NCBI GenBank assembly: GCA_951406725.2
Contig: OX597818.1
Coordinates: forward strand, 8,990,001-9,054,000
DNA from: Octopus vulgaris
Taxonomy: Eukaryota
DNA: 64,000 nt
Direction: 5' to 3'
Program-made: the position numbers and the translations under genes
In this document: positions 12,470 to 27,224 of the stretch, piece after piece
Numbering within the stretch: the first letter of the stretch is position 1
Layout of the letters: every line of letters starts with the position of its first letter
The notes under the pieces: generated by a model
The model's database searches: none
The model's input: the letters and a program-made list of their open reading frames with translations, nothing else
What the model was told of the DNA's origin: nothing

Positions 12470-15400
12470 GTAAGAATAATACGACACAAGGGACAAGAGT
12501 GAGCATCCTTGAGGGGTCAAACAGGCGATACTAATGGATTCCGATAGGTGACGACCGAACGAATGTTGCTGTACATTGCAGCGATCCAGCCTCTGAAAGC
12601 GTTTTGGCCCTATTTGGGATTTGTATGAGACTCACTTATACTAGGATTCTTACCAACCCTCTCAATGATGTAACGCGTGAGGCGAAGGTTGTTGCGGGTA
12701 GATCTGTTTGGGATAGCTCATGTCTGCGCGTTACCTACCTGTGTATCGACATCAAGCGTCAAACTCTTGACTAATCCGTTGCCAAGATCTTTTAACTTGG
12801 GTTCAGTAGAGCTACGGGCCTAAAATTTACTATTTGTTCCCCGTAGTTCGTTTCCTTTCTCAGAAGCACCACCACGCTGCGACTCACAGCACTCGGAATT
12901 CTTCCAATCTGCTGATGGTTGAGTTAGACATCTGTCAAGAATATACCGAAAATATCTGATACAAGAAAACATAGCTCGAAGGCCATATCATACAGGACAT
13001 GAGGTTTCTCTTTTGTGCTGCTTGTTATCGTGTCCCATATATCTTCAGCTGTTATCGGGATTTTGCAGAATACCACCAAGGTAGGAAGTGAAATCTTCCT
13101 CCATATCCGACCTACCATGCCAGCCGTAGAGTTCTGTGATGTGCTGATAAATTTCCATGCACATTTTCTTGGATCCGTGTAGCATGCGCCCCTCCCGGCC
13201 CGTGAAACACCGGATTCTTGCTTTCTTGCCACGCTGCACATATACCATCCGCGCCCATCGAATGACTCTCCTCTTCTGATGTCTTAATGCACGCTCCCTA
13301 GCCCTAACAACGCATCATTCGTGCTTGACATTGAAGAGTTAATCAAAAGTCAATCTCACCCCGTGCATGTCAGTTGCAATGCCCCTCCTCTTCTAGCTCT
13401 CCAACTAGATCTCCCTCTATCCTAGATGCATTTAAGTAGATTTCCTTACTAAATCCTACCGCTTCTAATCAAATAGCCCTGTTCAGGGCTATCCACAATC
13501 GATTGATGACTATAGTTCCCGACAACTTCAGATGGACTAACTTGGTAACCCGCTCTCTGAAAGTTTGGCGCGCCGGGAAGGACTTGTACAGCTTCCAGTC
13601 TCCAGAGCCTGTTCTATGGATCCTATCTATGTCGATGGTACAGATCACAAACCTGTGGTCTGTGTGGCCGACGATTTCGAATTGTGGATAACGTATGCTA
13701 CTTCTGTCTACAGGGTAAGAAAATATTCTATATATATTCGATCTGGAATTGGCACTTTCTGGAAATCCAGTCGATATTTCTCAGCCAATTGGAAGCGACT
13801 GAACAGATTTGCGAGGCTTTTATACTCACCTCGCCGATCAGTTGTTCCACTCTATCCAGGCGTGCATCGAAGATAGCGTTCCAGTCGTCCACTAAAACTA
13901 AAATGTGATACGCCCCAAGAAAAACCTCCAAGCATCTAAAGAAATCTGTCTACGCCAACTCAGATGGGACATGCATAGTCACTAGTCTGAAAGCACCACC
14001 ATTGCTATTACTCACATACAGGGCAACCTACTTATAATCTGTGTCCTGGAAGATCGTCCGCATCTCGAGATCTAGGCCTATCATAAACATCCTATAGCAC
14101 TCCACCTCCAGTTCGAGGTCGAGACAGAGTTGCGTACATCTCAAAGTCGTCAAAATTTGTCAGAAACCCATGTCTCATTGTCAGCCATAACATCCTAACC
14201 TAGTTACCTGAGAACCGACATTGCTTCCATGACAATCACAAGCAACGGACATTTATACAGATTACTCTGATAACCACCATGCTGGCTGCAATGCGCCAAG
14301 AAAAAAGAAAAGGATGAATTACTTACTCTCTTGTTGCTGTTGGAGGTAGGATGGTCAGACTACTGAATCCAGCTGGGCTGGAGTTATGATAGTGCCAGTC
14401 GTACTGGTGATGTTAGTGGAGATTGACTTGGCTCTTCTGCAACTGGTGGAGTTGGTGTTGTTTTTAATGTCTCTGTCCTTGTTATGAGAGTGGTTCCTGT
14501 GTATTCTTGTGTGTGTATTGGTGCAAGGCTTGATGTTTTCATTCTGTGTCCTTTTTATCCTTTGTTTGGTTTGCGGGCATCCTCCTTGTCTTCACTTCGA
14601 CATGTGGAGGAACCAGTGTCCGTGGAAACTCTTCAGTCATAGGTGGGAATATGTGCTTGCGTGAGAGTTTATGCATGAGTGTGTATTAGGGAGAGTGGAA
14701 AAGGAAGAGCTGGGTTGAGAGACGCTCTGGTTGGTAGCTTCCGTTGATTTTTAGTTGATGTTTGTGATAATGGTTATGATTGGTTTTCCTAGGCATGCGG
14801 TTGTCGTATCTGATAGCTGGAATTGGCTTCGGAACCGCTGGTGTAGTTGTTGGTGCTACTATTGTTGCTGCTCTCTAACGGTAAATTTGATGTTTTTCCT
14901 CTGATTAAGGATGTGTTGTTTGGAGGGATGTTGGCCCCGAACCTCCTATCATTTTGGATTGTGCAACCACAGAAATTTTGGCTCTCTACCTCCTACGACT
15001 ACAGGTAGTTCGACCCCGTTGAGGTCTATATGTTCCGAGTTCACCTGGTACAAAATATTAAGATTTATCCCGAACCAGTGCTATCTGCTGCTTCGTTTGA
15101 CATCTAGGAGTATCTTTCAATCCTGTAAGAGCATGCAGCCATAATCTGCCAGAATTTGACGTCAGACAGAACAGCCAATGACTTCACCCTAGCAGTTATC
15201 AATGAGCGGTACGTCGAGAAAAGACACACTTCTCACTCCAACGAGGTGTCACAGAATGTTTTGTGCAAGGTTCTGACTCCAGAATAGAACCCCGATGTAG
15301 ACCAACTACTTATCTGTTTGTATGTGGGTCACATCTTCTATAATGTATCTCAGAATATTCTCGATTTGAATGATTGAACTGGCTCAGCTTGCCTACTCTT

Positions 15401-16150
15401 TAGTGAAACACATCTGTAGAGGACTCTTCTTTTTCCTCGACCTGAAACGATTTCAAGAGACACTAGTACCGCTGCCCCACCCTTGAATTTGATCATATTG
15501 TTTAAAATTCTGTCAATTTCACACTTTTTTTCCAGAGCTAGCGGAAATATTTCTTTTTTTTACCAAACATATAGGAAATTTTTTTTTTCTGTTGACGTGG
15601 TTGTTGGACTCGTTAATCTTTCCACTTGTTTTGGAGTTGTAGCAAGTGTTCATATTCTGGGTTTTGATTTGTTCCTCACAGTGTCACATTTTTGTTTTCT
15701 TTGTGTGTCAATTCTCTTTGTTGTTGTTCTGTTGGTGGCGGTGGTGTAAGTGGTGGGAGTATTGGGGGCAGTGGTGTTGGTGCCAGTGGTGTCAATGGAT
15801 TTGCTGTTGTCACCAGCTGTGGTGGATCTGCTGTTAGGTGTGTCGGGGTGGGGGAGTATTTTTGCTTGTGTTGTTGCCTTTTGTTGCCATTGCTCTCTTT
15901 TGTTGTTCCCGTGATCGTAAACAGTGTTCCAATTCTTAGCAGCTTATGTTGTCTCCGTAATTTTCCCATGCTGTGTTGTAGTTGTTGCGGCTGCTTTAAT
16001 GCTTTTGATAATTTTGCTGTTTTCTTTTGCGGAAAGATAGCTATTCTGTTCAACTGAGAAAACAACTCTAATCCACTATCGTTCTTTTCTAATACAAAAT
16101 TTCAGAGGCATGCTTACTAAACGAATTCGGACTTGGCTCTTCAGGGCTAT
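12470..16150 (-). mobile_element. Decayed Tx1/L1-clade LINE (ORF1, APE, partial RT)
   Basis: Minus strand: ORF1 relics, APE MEVFLGAYHILVLVDDWNAIFDARLDRV, RT GWIAAMYSNIRSVV..QGCSLLSL; many stops and frameshifts; homologous to the 30.8-35.4 kb element. Confidence 0.8.
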
Positions 16151-16249
16151 AGATACAGATACACTTACTAGCTTCCCGAGGCACTAGTAACTTTGTCTAT
16201 AAAAGGATAACAAATGTTAAATATATGACTTTGTGTAACAACAGCTATA

Positions 16250-16800
16250 ATAACAAGGTTCATAAGCTTCTGGTCTTAGCTGAATGGAAGTGCTAACATG
16301 TGCTTATCTTGCCTTGGTGTGAAAGATGTGCTACAACAAATATTCTGCTCAATAACGCAGATTTGCTTGTCACTTGCTTCACATTAACCTGTAGAGCATG
16401 TCCCCTAGTAGTTGACGATTTGTACATCTCTGATAACGAGTAGAAGTAGTGTGAGAGAGCCTCATGGTCTTGTGTTAAGAGGAATTTTATTGCGTTTGAA
16501 TAGTTCACCTCTGGAAACATGGTTGTGTCGTTCATCATCTTTAAACAAACATTCTTCAAGGACCTTTTTTAGCAGGATGGGCTACTCGACATGAAGAAAA
16601 TTCTAACTGGGTTCCACATGTATGGTCATGCGCTGTTTATCTTGATATGAAATTACCATGTCGTGTGCATATGGCTGCGATGCATGTGCTTGGTGTAAAC
16701 TTATCAGACGGGTAGTCATGATGGGTATATTAGGCTTCGTAGATTTTTATTCTATAGTCACTTTGCTGGCATGCGCTGGTTTCTATTACTCAGCAATGAT
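16250..16800 (+). mobile_element. ~550-bp non-autonomous retroelement (R4/Dong partner), copy 1
   Basis: Homologous to 29281-29767 and 39655-40210 (shared ...cttatcagacgggtagtcatgatgggtata...gtcactttgatggcatgc); ends in a TAA-type tail. Confidence 0.8.
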
Positions 16801-16804
16801 AATA

Positions 16805-17021
16805 ATCCTTTCTACTAAAGGCACAATGTCGGAAATTTGGGGGGGTAGGGGACTAGCCGATTATATCAACCCCAGCATTTAACTGGTACTTATTTCCTGG
16901 ACCCCCAGAGAATTAATGGTAAAGCCGATCCCCACGGAATTTGATCCAAGATCGCAAAGCAGGTCAGAATGCCACAAAGCATTTTGCCCGGTGTACTAAC
17001 AATTCTGCCAACTCGTCGCTT

Positions 17022-17119
<98 letters not shown>

Positions 17120-17223
17120 TTCTACTAGAAGCACAAGGCCTCAAATTTGGGGGACCCTAGAGCGTAACTGGTACTTAGTTAAACGACTATGAATGGATGA
17201 AAGGCAAAGTCAACCTCGGCAGA

Positions 17224-17264
<41 letters not shown>

Positions 17265-17470
17265 ACAGCCCCTTTTTATTAAGGTACAAGCTCTGAAATT
17301 TGGCGGGAAAATAACTTGGTGATTGCATCATCCTTACAGTTCGATTTGTTCGTTATTTTATAGACTCTGAAAGAATAAAATACAAAGTAGTCCTTGGCTG
17401 AATTTGATCTTGTAGCGTAAAGTCAGAACAAATGCTGCTATTCTTCATTCTGGTGTGCTCAACGCTTTTA
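16805..17470 (-). mobile_element. Cluster of SINE copies and fragments interleaved with (TAA)n and (TAG)n
   Basis: Recurring ttctactanaggcacaaggcc.gaaatttggggg..taactggtactta..gaaaggcaaagtc.acctcggc motif. Confidence 0.75.
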
Positions 17471-17517
17471 CTTTGACTGTTGCCGCTGCTGCTGCTGCTA
17501 CTACTACTACAACTACA

Positions 17518-17597
<80 letters not shown>

Positions 17598-18180
17598 ATC
17601 TGTAGTTTATTTTTACTGCAATTCTTTCATTTTATTATTTTATTATTCAACTATTGGCTGTTGTTTTCACTGCTGGAGTCGTTTCCACTTCCTTGTATCT
17701 AAATGGGAAATATATGTAGCTATGGTTATCGAAGCTATAAGTGTCCCTTGCTGACAATAACAGCACAATTTGGTGAAGATAAACAACAGAAATCGAAAAC
17801 ACACTGGTACACATACAGTGACACAGAAAAGTCCATACGCTGACATATTTAATAACCATCATGGAAGTACACACACGTTACATACGCATACACTAATTCC
17901 ATCTACGACGCTCACAGGGAAATGCACAACATTTGTAGTTTGTTAACATATATACTTGTGATTTTGTAGGCATTTATGTACGTATGTATGTTTGTATGTA
18001 TGTATGTCTGTATGTAGGTATTATATATGTGTGTATGTACGCATTTATACGAGTTTATATATATATATATATACATACATACATAGAAACATCTGTGTTT
18101 ATGTGCGTATGTTTACCATGCTATAATAGCTATACATACATATAGGCATACATACATGCATACATATACATACATACACA

Positions 18181-18281
<101 letters not shown>

Positions 18282-18333
18282 GTCCAGTGTGATAGTGACG
18301 TCTGTTAAGTGTATGTATGTAGCTTATATATAT

Positions 18334-18424
<91 letters not shown>

Positions 18425-20699
18425 TACATATATATATATACATGCATAGATATGTATAACTATATATATATATATGTATGTTTGTATATATATATATATG
18501 TATATATATACATATATATATGTATGTATGTATGCCTGTATGTACGTATGTATATTGCATCAACTCTTTTTATTTGCTCACTGTAGAACTGTTAAAAGAA
18601 GTGCCATTAGTAGTAAAATCGGCAAAAACACATATTGACAAAGTTTTCTCAAACGGGAAACATAACTGAAATCTGCTAATGACGGGAGACATTTGCCCTT
18701 TGGTGTATCATACTCACCTATCAAATATCTTTGAAATTCTTTGATCCAACACAAATTTCCTTTGAAATGCAATGGAGAACAAACACATTGCCGACGCAAC
18801 GGTATTTCTCTTAATCTTGTGATAAATAAGAAGAAAAAATGCAGATATCAAAAACACTCTACAGTATTATCTTAATATTTTCCATCATTCTGGTTAATAA
18901 ATTTCAGAGACAATCTCTAAATGTCAGGTACCATTACTCACTGCCAAAGCTTCGCATCTATTTGTTCAGTGTACTATGGTTGAATCTGTAAATGATAGTT
19001 AGATATTACCAAAAGAAAGGTAAATATATATTATAATATGTTGCTTCTACTGCTGCTTCTTGGATCAAGTATATTTCAGAAGGTATCTAATCCTAACCTA
19101 TATAATTTACTTAAGGTAATCCTTGTCAGTTTAGACTTTTTTTTTTCTTTTTTTGCTTCTTGCTCTATTAAATCACACAGTTGAAGTTAGGGTAAGCTAC
19201 CACGCACCTAGTCTGTAACGTTGAAAATGTACAGATTCAAATATAAAAGATTAAAAATTCATTAGCAAAATATTTAAAGTCCTTAAATTGAAGAGTAAAG
19301 ACTAAAGGTATGAACCAATGAAAGTAGTAAGTTCAGTGGTTCGAAATAACAGCTAAATTTCTCTTGCATCACAATTGTATATTGCCCAAAATAGAAAGAT
19401 CGTTTTGGATATTAAAAGTTACTGCTTATTCGAAGTCACTATGCCTTTGATAACTAGTCAAATCTCTCGTTCAAACAATGACGACACAATAATAATGCTG
19501 CAGTCCAGTTTAAGTGAACAAACGCACACTAATTTAGGAAACGTAGTTTAGTAGACAGTTACAGCATGAATTTCATTTGGTGATGATATAGACTCTTGTT
19601 CTTTCAATTTCTACACACACACATGCTGAAAGACACTCAAATTAAGACCAGTCCTTGATTTAAAAGACTACAATACAGCATTAATTTGTGTGCTATATTT
19701 TTATTCTTTCAGTAAGTAGAAGCTTCTTCACTTGTTATTTCGGTACGGTATTTAACAGCCAACCATTTCATATCAAATGGATTCAAATAGTTTGCCATCT
19801 TTACATTCTTACTAGGTGGCCAATATTATAATACATTGGCATATATTTTGCTCATTATGGTGACATGGTATCGATGGAAAACAAAAATGTACTTTGCGTT
19901 ATTTACTCCTCCTTATGTTTTGAATTCGAGTCTATCCGTGTTCTTATTAACACTTTCATCCCTTCATTAGTAACAAAATAATGTACCAGTGACATAGATG
20001 GTCAGATGGAATCAACTAACGGGAAATCCTCATAATTACTGGTCTTGTACCACAAAGAGAAACTGGTATTATACATTTCGCTCCAAATTTAATTCTTAAC
20101 GTACCAACAAGCTGTCGTTCAATCTCTACAAATAGTAGCGCAATTTTTTTCACAATTCGCAGCCTACCCATTGCTTCCACTAAGCAATACAATGAAAATA
20201 AATCTCCTATTTCATGACTGCGTTTCTTCAATTTCGAAACTGCTTGGACCTCCCAATATACTGAATTGATTTTCACAAGGAGGCACAGTATAAAATACTG
20301 ATGGAATAATTGTTAGTGTACTTTGAGGATAGACTGTATTTATCACCTGGTTTTAAATTTTACCAGCACGTTACCTATTGGTGTTGTTAAAACTTGAAAG
20401 TAATCAAATAAGATTCTCTCTGTCTGAGAGTTTAGAAAGCATCGTGGGCACTATACTTTCTTTTCTAACAGCATCATATCAAGAAGGGAAAAGAACAGCT
20501 GGCATGCCTTTTCTCGTAGGTGCCCTCATTCAAAAACATCTGGGAGAATGCAGCGACGACAACAGTTGTCAGTGACTAAGCGAGGTTTATGTATACATAT
20601 ATACATAGATAAATACACACACGTACACACACTCACATAAACACACATATAGACACATGAATATTAATGTTTGTTTTTATGTTCAGTTATAATAAAAAC

Positions 20700-20895
20700 A
20701 ATTTTACATCAATTTGATGGGTTACCCTATAGCTTTGCACAGTGCAAATTTATTATTCTGAAATAAGAATGTTGTTCAAAGTAACTTTTATGTTTCTGCC
20801 AGGTAAGACATCATCAGACTGCTGACGATGGCTTTCCTACGCGAAACTTCGAGACTTGTCATTGTCCACAACATTCTTGTTTAAGAATAATAAAT
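20700..20895 (+). mobile_element. Short element with degenerate hammerhead-like motif
   Basis: CTGACGA (20822) ... GAAAC (20843), enclosed by the inverted pair aataagaatgttgt / acaacattcttgtt. Confidence 0.4.
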
Positions 20896-21965
20896 ACACA
20901 CACACACACACATACACACACACATACTCACACATAAATATGCACACTCACATATATATACACATATACACATACAAATACATACGTTCATATGTATACA
21001 TAAATATGTGTGTATGTGTATGTGTTTATGTGTGCATGTGCGTGTGTGTGCGTTGGCCATTTTACTCTGAGCCTCTCTGAAAACTGAAGCATTTACTTAG
21101 AAGTAATCTTATTTTAGACATTTCAGTAAATGATAAGCAGATATTTTGTTACACATTTGTATCGATTTTGCATCATTCGACTGTAACTCAATAACACAAT
21201 GTAATTGTTTGTGTGACATGGTCATAGCAGTGTAACGAAATTCTCTGACACTTCATAATAATACGTTCTATCTGGGAAAACAGCAATTAAAATGAGCCTG
21301 AGTTTTAAGGGACTATCATACGAAGTCATTTTTAGATTTGGTTACGTTCAAGCTATTCAGGTTTAGTATTTATAAATGTGCATGGAAATATATACGATTA
21401 ACTGTGAGTAATAAGGTCCTGAGTATGACTTCAAACTGCATCCGGTATTGAGTCGCCAGCTCGGGATTTACAGGGTTTGGGGGAGTGTGGAAGCTCCTCT
21501 TGACTTTTGTTCCCAACTCTGCTCTGGCCCAGATTAGTAGTACGTTATTACGTTCCCAACTATGGGCTAAAAAGCATGAAACCACTTGAGTCAGTGCACT
21601 ATGAAATCATGTGATGCTGCATAGTGGATATTGCAGCAGATGAACTTATTGACTGAGCGGCAAACATCACTAGGTGCTGAGCAGTTGAGCAGACAATGAA
21701 CTCTCAACGTTCAGGATCATGCACTTCAATTAGAGAATTATTGCTATTATCTGTAACCATGGTGTGCACAGATGGGCTATATCAGCTAACCAAAAACTAA
21801 TATTATTAAAACATACGCCAGATATTCATGTCACATTGTCTGATCAGGACATCCCATGTGGAACAGTTACATATTGGTCTGGGCAAGGCGCCCAACTGTA
21901 TAGTGATGATCAATAATAATCCATAACTGTTTCGTTATTATCAATCCAAGTAGAATGCATATATG

Positions 21966-22290
21966 TGAGGGCGCGTGGCTTAGTGGTTAGGGCACTCGGC
22001 TCATGATTGTAAGGTTGTGAGTTCGATTCCCGGCGACGCGTTGTGTCCTTGAGCAAGACACTTTATTTCACGTTGCTCCAGTCCACTCAGCTGGCAAAAA
22101 TGAGTTGTACTTGTATTTCAAAGGGTCAGCCTTGTCACTCTCTGTGTCACGCTGATTATCCCCGAGAACTACGTTAAGGATACACGTGTCTGTGGAATGC
22201 TCAGCCATTTGCACGTTAATTTCACGAGCAAGCTGTTCCGTTGATCGTATCAGCTGGGACCCTCGTCGTCGTAACCGGCGGAGTCTTTTT
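21966..22290 (+). mobile_element. tRNA-derived SINE, full length
   Basis: A-box gtggcttagtggttagg, B-box gagttcgattcc, core gtgtccttgagcaagacacttta; second copy at ~38320-38630. Confidence 0.88.
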
Positions 22291-23240
22291 TTAAGAATGC
22301 ATATACTATTATACAACTTACCGAATACACCATAAGCTAACATACTCAAAATATTTTATAGAAAGCTCAAAATCTTCTGGTATCAATTTGTGCCACAGGT
22401 CAAACTATACTGCGCGAAATTACATACGTGATTTTGATTATGGAATTACCATTCGCTAATCTTATTCATATCACATTCACTCTTTGTTCCTTATGCTCTG
22501 AGTTTAAACGAGACTGTAATACTTGCTTTATTGATTTAAACTTTATATCAATACAACCAAATGGATTAAATTTTTGAAAAATTAATCACTTACATAATGT
22601 GGTAAAGCCGTCACTTTAATAGCAAGAAATAGTAGCCAATTATTCTCACATTACACACTATTCTCTTAAAAGCTCATCTTTAATAGTTAGTCATAAATAA
22701 GCTATATTTGCAGAACATAGCTTATTTATGACTACACTAGCGAACGTCTCTGATCATAAATCTGCTAAATTCGCTACAGTGCACAATATTCCATAAAAAT
22801 TGATATATCTATATAATCTGAATGAATCACCTTGATATTTCAATAAATCGATGGGGATAATACCACATAACTAACACTAATCAAGCGGTGCTTACGTTAA
22901 TATAGTTTTTTTCTATATGAAAAATGTCATTCAGCATTACCAAGGGGTTGGCCTTTCCAAAATATATCAAATCCTTACAGAATTTGCTATTTAAATATAC
23001 CAAAATAATCTTACATAGACCAAAGTATTTTATATTTGAATTATTGATTCTCTTTACCTTCCAAGGCAGATATTTAAGTTTCCGGGATACACCTGCTATC
23101 GCTGTCTCTCATTTCCATGCGTAGCTTATTTGGGACTGTGAAGTATCAGGCTATGGTTAAAGGGTATTTTGCTCCGTGTTAGTCCCGCATCAAGTTACGA
23201 GATATCAGCGCCTTCCGTTAGTTGCTAATATGCTAATATG

Positions 23241-23282
<42 letters not shown>

Positions 23283-23306
23283 CGCCTTCCGTTAGTTGCT
23301 AATGTG

Positions 23307-23456
<150 letters not shown>

Positions 23457-23459
23457 TAA

Positions 23460-24543
<1,084 letters not shown>

Positions 24544-24832
24544 TATATATATATATATATATGCATGGGCAATTCATTTTTCTCTGATGAAAGTATACGC
24601 ATGTCACATAAATGTAAACTTAATGTACAAATTTGTAATTAAATTAAGCGATGACCAGTTTATTAATATTAATTATTAACTCCCTTATCTCCATTTTCTT
24701 CTTCTTGTCATTTAAATGCATATAAACTATATGTGTGTGTGTGTATTTGTGTGTGATGTCTCTGTGTGTAGAATATTGAAAAATGACACACGTGATGATA
24801 TGTACGATGTAGATAAGAGAAGAGGTAGATAA

Positions 24833-25113
24833 GACAAGATAGAAAAGGCTAAAATAATTTTAACAACAAATATATTTAGTAATGGTTAGTACCGGTTTCT
24901 GTCTTTTCGGCTTTTTAAAACTAAGAGTGAAAGAAAGGTGGATCTTAATTAAGAAGAAAAACAATTCAATTCTTTAGTTTACTTATTTTTCTTCTTAAGT
25001 AATATCCAACTTTGTTTTACTCTTAGGTGAAAATGTCGAAAACACAGAAACCGGTACTAAGCATTACACAATGTAGTTCATGATCAAATTATTTTAGCCT
25101 TTTCTACCTTGTC
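24833..25113. mobile_element. ~280-bp fold-back element with hammerhead-like remnant in each arm
   Basis: Arms 24833-24961 / 24986-25113; cttag-GTGAAAA-..-GAAACcgGTA-ctaag at 25022-25061. Confidence 0.65.
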
Positions 25114-25125
25114 ATATTTTTCTTT

Positions 25126-25502
25126 TGGAGTGGCTGTGTGCTAGTTTACCAACCACATGGTTCCGGGTTCAGTCCCACTGCGTGGCAACTTGGGCAAGTG
25201 TCTTCTGCTAAAGCCTCGGGCCGACCAAAGCCTTGTGAGTGCATTTGGTAGGCAGAAATTGAAAGTAGCCCGTCGTATATATATATATGAGTGTGTGTGT
25301 ATGTGGGGGTTTGTGTGTTTGTCCCCCCAACATCGCTTGACAACCAATGCTGGTGTGTTTACGTCCCCGTAACGCAGTAGTTCAGCAAAAGAGACCGATG
25401 GAATAAGTACTAGCCTACAAACAATATGCCCTGAAGTCAATTTGTTCGACTAAAGGCGGTGCTCCAGCATGACCGCAGTCAAATGACTGAAACAAGTAAA
25501 AG

Positions 25503-25533
<31 letters not shown>

Positions 25534-25540
25534 TAAAGAG
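25126..25540 (+). mobile_element. tRNA-derived SINE
   Basis: ggagtggctgtgtg..ccacatggttccgggttcagtcccactgcgtggc..ggcggtgctccagcatg.ccgcagtcaaatgactgaaacaagtaaaagag; further copies at 47933-48385(-), 56561-56730(+) and 57943-58440(-). Confidence 0.88.
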
Positions 25541-25548
25541 TATATATA

Positions 25549-26760
25549 TATAAGTATATAATTATGAATATATAATTATGATTAAGGGCGCTGGACGGAC
25601 AATGCCAATACGCTAGATAAAGATGCCAAGTCTCTACAAGCCACTCTAAATTTCTTCTGCTTTTTAAGCAAGGCTGAATGCAAGGAAACGGACATGGAGA
25701 TTTATAAAATCTCGGACAACTCTATATCTTAAGATTTCGTGTTTTGTAATAGAAATTACCTTACACTCTTAAGTAGAAGTATACCGACAATATATAAGTG
25801 AAATATATATACCGGTAACTATTTGCGTAGAGATACCGATATATACATACATTTCCCACGTATACATTATATGTAATCGCTCATCTCAGCCATGTGGTTA
25901 TTGTTAGAATAGTACCCGAGCAAATATAATGACGTGAGAACTTAAAAGTATATGTTCTTACAAATTGAAGAAATAATTACTAAAAATGTTTATACCAATG
26001 GTCAGCACATAAAAGAACCATACCGGTAAAATTAATCACCATATTGGTAAAATTAAGCACCATATCAGTGAAATTAAGAGTTGTCCGAAATTTTATGTGC
26101 CAAAAAGGGAATAAATTTAGGGTGGTTTGTATACATTTGACACCCACTTGTAGCGTATTGGTTTGTCTCTTCAGGACCCTTAATTGTGATTACATATTTA
26201 TAATTATATACTTAAATATTAATTTTATCGATATGGTGGTTTTTATACGATGGCCACCGGTATCATCATTTTAATAATTATCTCCCCAGTTTCTACTCAA
26301 ATATATTTTTGAGTTCTCTAATCATTATAACCCATCTCACATGGCTGAGATATGTTATTAAATATAATGTATATGTGAGAAATTGATGTATATATTGTTA
26401 TCTGTACGCAAGTATTTATCGGTATGTATATGTTTTTTTTCCACTTATATATCGTCGGTATTCTTCTACCGAAGAGTGTAAATTAATCTTTATTACAAAA
26501 CATAAAATTCTAAGATAGACAGTCGTTCGTAATTTTTATAAATCTCCCTGTCAATTTTCTCGGATTCAACTTGTACAGAAAGAACAAATTTAGATTGCTT
26601 TGTAGACATTTGATATCTACGTCTAGCGTATTAGCGTTGTCCCTCCAACGCCCTTAATTATAAATATATATTTATAATTATATACTTAGATATTAATTTT
26701 ACCGATTGGGTGGTTTTTATATGCTGGCCACTAGTATAATCATTCTAATGATTATATCCA
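25549..26760 (+). mobile_element. Retrozyme/pLTR-like element: ~474-nt unit with partial tandem repeat and inverted 5' copy
   Basis: 25549-26040 is the diverged reverse complement of 26215-26690; 26177-26280 recurs at 26651-26755; hammerhead-like motif in both orientations. Confidence 0.7.
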
Positions 26761-27224
26761 CACAGACAAGCACAGACATATACAATGAATTAGTTAGGTA
26801 CAGAACCTTTATGTCCAGGTAAGGAGAAATTAGAAATAGTCGTAGGAAATAAAAGGAAATAGCTTTACAATGTAATGAGCTACAACGCAATATATTAGTC
26901 ACCACACCGTATCATGTCACTAATATCCATTTATAATTGAACTGCGGTAAATATTAATTTAATCAAGCAATACATGTAACTGATTTTACTGCAGTCTTCT
27001 TTTATACATTGCTATAGATTGATAAGAAATATCTGTTACGGTTCAAAGAGTTACTTATTCGTATAATTAGAATTTAATGTAGAAATATCTATATATAATC
27101 ATGTAAGCTCTGCTATGCAATGCAGCATATATCCAATGCATAAACGCCTGATCATAGGCCCATTTATTTCTATCCACTTACAATAAATTGCATATCTTAT
27201 TCATATTAACTATTTCTTTATTCT

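Noticed and set aside
15676-16065. Pro/Thr/Gln-rich 129-aa ORF
   Set aside because: Low-complexity 5' region of the decayed Tx1-like LINE, not a host gene.
20471-20583. Possible plus-strand exon
   Set aside because: Acceptor plausible but donor weak, and no recognisable protein in any frame.
21966-22040. tRNA-like sequence (also near 6420-6480, 25130-25180 and 38325-38390)
   Set aside because: SINE heads continuing into SINE body; no complete cloverleaf with acceptor stem.
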